A stretch of DNA of 64,000 nt from Clostridiales bacterium (GTDB lineage Bacteria > Bacillota > Clostridia > Christensenellales > Aristaeellaceae), in contig SFGO01000003.1 of assembly GCA_004556545.1 (NCBI GenBank), forward strand, positions 5,121-69,120, read 5' to 3'. This document shows, piece after piece, positions 61,729-64,000 of the stretch. The position numbers and the translations under genes are program-made. Numbering within the stretch: the stretch's first letter is position 1; every line of letters begins with the position of its first letter. A model generated the notes under the pieces. The model did not search any database. It worked only from the letters and a program-made list of their open reading frames with translations, and was not told the origin of the DNA.

Positions 61729-62139
61729 ATGAATCGAGTAGCAGTAGTCTACTGGAGCGGCACGGGCCACACGCAGGCCATGGCCGAAGCGGTAGCGGGC
61801 GCCTGCGGCGGAAAGCTGATGACCGCCGTGGAGTTTTCCCCCGACCAGGCGGCGGAATATGACGTCATTGCCTTCGGATGCCCCGCCATGGGCGCGGAGG
61901 TGCTGGAGGAAAGCGAGTTCCAGCCCATGTTTGACGACGTGAAGCCCCAGCTCAAGGGCAAGAAGATCGCGTTGTTCGGCTCTTACGGCTGGGGAGACGG
62001 CGAATGGATGCGCTCCTGGGAAGAGGATTGCCTGGCGGCCGGCGCGGTGCTGGCCTGCGACAGCGTGATCTGCCAGGACGAGCCGGACGGGGACGCGCTG
62101 GCCGCCTGCGAGGCGCTGGGCAAGGCGCTGGCGGAGTGA
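61729..62139 (+). CDS. short-chain flavodoxin
   Basis: VAVVYWSGTGHTQAMAEAV is the FMN phosphate loop T/SGTG.T. FGSYGWGDGEWM is also present. 136 aa. CAGGAGG RBS. Confidence 0.9.
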   Translation: MNRVAVVYWSGTGHTQAMAEAVAGACGGKLMTAVEFSPDQAAEYDVIAFGCPAMGAEVLEESEFQPMFDDVKPQLKGKKIALFGSYGWGDGEWMRSWEEDCLAAGAVLACDSVICQDEPDGDALAACEALGKALAE

Positions 62140-62283
62140 CCTCATGCCGGAGAAGGCCGGGCGGGAGCTGATGGACGCGGCTTTCGGAACTCCCTTCTTC
62201 GGAAGGTGTTGTGCGATTTTCAACTTTGATTTTCTGTTTGCGCGAAACAAGCAGGATTCTGTTCTGTTCCAAATTCACCTTAT

Positions 62284-62332
62284 GGGAGAGTCGGTAAGGA
62301 CGCAGCCGACTCTCCTTTTCGTGTATTTTTTT
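62284..62332 (+). terminator. intrinsic terminator downstream of flavodoxin
   Basis: GGGAGAGTCGG / CCGACTCTCC stem followed by TTTTCGTGTATTTTTTT. Confidence 0.8.
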
Positions 62333-62341
62333 CAACTCCCA

Positions 62342-62370
62342 TTGACACTATAGGAGATAGGAAGTATAAT
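62342..62370 (+). promoter_or_regulatory. consensus SigA promoter of the Rrf2-suf operon
   Basis: TTGACA (62342-62347), 17-nt spacer, TATAAT (62365-62370). Confidence 0.7.
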
Positions 62371-62439
62371 GTCCACCGGAAAGGTAGGAATTAACCTGCC
62401 TTTCGGAAACATACGAAGCGCGAAAGGAGCGGCTGCCTT

Positions 62440-62910
62440 ATGATGATCTCTTCCAAAGGGCGGTACGCCCTGCGGGTCATGCTGGATATGGCCGAGCAGG
62501 GCGGCGACAGCTACCTCCCGCTGAAGGATATTGCGGATCGCCAGAATATTTCCCGGAAATATCTGGAAAGCATCATGCCTGACCTGGCCAAACACGGCCT
62601 GGTGGAAAGCGCCATGGGCAAAACCGGCGGCTACAAGCTGACCCGGAAGCCCGAAGACTACAAGGTGGGCGAGATCCTCTGCGCCGCAGAGGGCGAACTG
62701 GCCCCCGTTGCCTGCCTGACCAAGGACGGCAAGAAGTGTGAGAAGGTAGATTCCTGCTACACGCTGCCCTTCTGGATCGGGCTGGAGGAACACATCAACT
62801 CCTACGTCAACAGCTACACGCTGAAGGATCTGCTGGAATCCGGAGAAAAAAACCACGACAAATGCGGCGGCTGCACGGCCTGCGGCGGGAAAGAGGTTGA
62901 AGGAAAATGA
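62440..62910 (+). CDS. Rrf2-family (IscR/CymR-like) transcriptional regulator
   Basis: MMISSKGRYALRVMLDMAE...LPLKDIADRQNISRKYLESIM..L.K.GLV.S..G..GGY is the Rrf2 winged HTH. A Cys cluster VACLTKDGKKCEKVDSC and a C-terminal CGGCTACGG tail are present. Confidence 0.85.
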   Translation: MMISSKGRYALRVMLDMAEQGGDSYLPLKDIADRQNISRKYLESIMPDLAKHGLVESAMGKTGGYKLTRKPEDYKVGEILCAAEGELAPVACLTKDGKKCEKVDSCYTLPFWIGLEEHINSYVNSYTLKDLLESGEKNHDKCGGCTACGGKEVEGK

Positions 62911-63662
62911 AACAGAACGCTTTACTGGAAGTCAAAAACCTGCATGTGAGCGCCGAGGATGAAACCGAAATTCTGCACGGCGTGAATTTAACGCTGGGCC
63001 ACGACGAGACCCATGTGCTCATGGGCCCCAACGGCACGGGCAAATCTACGCTGGGCTATGCGATTACCGGCAATCCCAACTATACCGTTACCGAAGGCCA
63101 GATTCTTTTTGACGGCGAGGACATCACCGGCCTGCCCGTCAACGAACGCGCCAAGAAGGGTATTTTTCTGTCCTTCCAGAACCCGCTGGAGGTTCCCGGC
63201 GTGACCCTGAGCGCCTTTATCCGCACGTCGCTGGAACAGAAGACCGGCAGCCGTCTGCGCCTGTGGGACTTCAAAAAGAAGCTGGCGGAAACCATGAAGC
63301 TGCTCAACATGGACGAAGCCTATGCCGAGCGCGACCTGAACGTGGGCTTCTCCGGCGGCGAAAAGAAAAAGGCGGAAATTCTGCAAATGCTCATGCTGGA
63401 ACCCAAGCTGGCCATTCTGGACGAAACGGACTCCGGTCTGGACGTGGACGCGGTGCGCACGGTTTCCAACGGCGTGCGGCTGTTCAAGGAACGCTGCCAC
63501 GGCTCCCTGCTGATCATTACGCACAGCACCCGCATTCTGGAGGCCCTTCAGGTGGACGAGACCCACGTGATGGAAAACGGTGTCATCGTCCGGGAAGGCG
63601 ACGCCTCTCTGGTAGAGGAGATCAACGAACACGGTTTCGGAAAGCTGAGCGAGGACCGGTGA
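62907..63662 (+). CDS. sufC: Fe-S cluster assembly ATPase SufC
   Basis: ATGA overlap with the Rrf2 gene. LEVKNLHVS...GPNGTGKSTLG, NVGFSGGEKKK.EILQM, ILDETDSGLDVDA. 251 aa. Confidence 0.93.
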   Translation: MKQNALLEVKNLHVSAEDETEILHGVNLTLGHDETHVLMGPNGTGKSTLGYAITGNPNYTVTEGQILFDGEDITGLPVNERAKKGIFLSFQNPLEVPGVTLSAFIRTSLEQKTGSRLRLWDFKKKLAETMKLLNMDEAYAERDLNVGFSGGEKKKAEILQMLMLEPKLAILDETDSGLDVDAVRTVSNGVRLFKERCHGSLLIITHSTRILEALQVDETHVMENGVIVREGDASLVEEINEHGFGKLSEDR

Positions 63663-63665
63663 TCC

Positions 63666-64000
63666 ATGATGAGAGAAAAGAGTCTGGTAGAAGATATTGA
63701 CCGCAGTATCTATGATATTCGGGATGAAGAAAAAGATGCCTACCGCATGGAAGCGGGTCTGACCCCCGAGATCATCGAAAAGCTGTCCAAGGAAAAGGGC
63801 GACCCGGTGTGGATGCAGCAGTTCCGGCTGCAAGCCCTTCAGATTTATAATGAGATGGAGATCCCCAACTGGGGCCCCTCCATTGAAGGGCTGGACATGG
63901 ATCACATCGCCACTTACGTCCGCCCCAATACCAAGATGCAGAACGACTGGAAAAACGTGCCCCAGGACATCAAGGATACCTTCGACCGGCTGGGTATCCC
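63666..64000 (+). CDS. sufB: Fe-S cluster assembly scaffold SufB, N-terminal part (continues beyond the window)
   Basis: ATG 63666. MMREKSLVEDIDRSIYDIRDEEKDAYRMEAGLTPEIIEKLSKEKGDPVWMQQFRLQALQIYNEMEIPNWGP is typical of the SufB N-terminus. It directly follows sufC. Confidence 0.85.
   Translation, partial: MMREKSLVEDIDRSIYDIRDEEKDAYRMEAGLTPEIIEKLSKEKGDPVWMQQFRLQALQIYNEMEIPNWGPSIEGLDMDHIATYVRPNTKMQNDWKNVPQDIKDTFDRLGI

Overview
This is a high-GC (hand-counted lines about 60-65% G+C) chromosomal segment from a spore-forming Clostridia-type Firmicute. Supporting evidence is a gerA/B/C-type germinant receptor operon, a SipL-like DUF3794-LysM protein, and sigma-E- and sigma-G-like promoters. The lineage guess (Oscillospiraceae/Ruminococcaceae-like) is inference only. 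I support about 50 protein genes and 7 tRNAs in two clusters: Val-Asp-Phe-Gly-Cys and initiator Met plus Met. There are also many textbook TTGACA-17-TATAAT promoters and intrinsic terminators. No rRNA, CRISPR array, intact IS or prophage is present.

The functional blocks are:
- A CUT1-type sugar ABC importer without its own ATPase, next to a membrane-anchored AraC regulator.
- A low-GC two-gene islet beside the tRNA-Met pair.
- Housekeeping genes: recD2, hup, a small alarmone synthetase, alr, rsmD and coaD.
- A glycyl-radical enzyme (GRE) with its activase.
- The ger operon.
- An unusual acyltransferase pair.
- A YtfQRT-like sugar ABC importer controlled by a binding-protein/LytS-type kinase/YesN-type regulator trio.
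- A HlyD-FtsX pair without an ATPase, and an orphan MsmX-type ATPase.
- The nitrogen block glnA-ANTAR-gltB-gltD.
- A LuxR/MalT-like STAND regulator.
- DUF3793 plus flavodoxin.
- An Rrf2-headed suf operon.

The most interesting items, in my judgement, are:
1. A compact 638-aa GRE with a non-canonical RVWGWSG radical motif, coupled to its activase and with no pathway context.
2. An XRE-HTH fused to a complete desulfoferrodoxin-like module.
3. An E2-like/MFS-PlsC acyltransferase pair in which both catalytic motifs are altered.
4. ISL3-type end remnants downstream of both tRNA clusters, one abutting the low-GC islet.
5. An unannotated 30-codon membrane-peptide gene upstream of glnA.
6. A glnA leader terminator paired with a pseudo-receiver ANTAR protein.
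7. Two structured non-coding regions, at 44.36-44.58 kb and 61.05-61.12 kb.

All calls rest on manual reading of the sequence and the ORF track. No database search was run.
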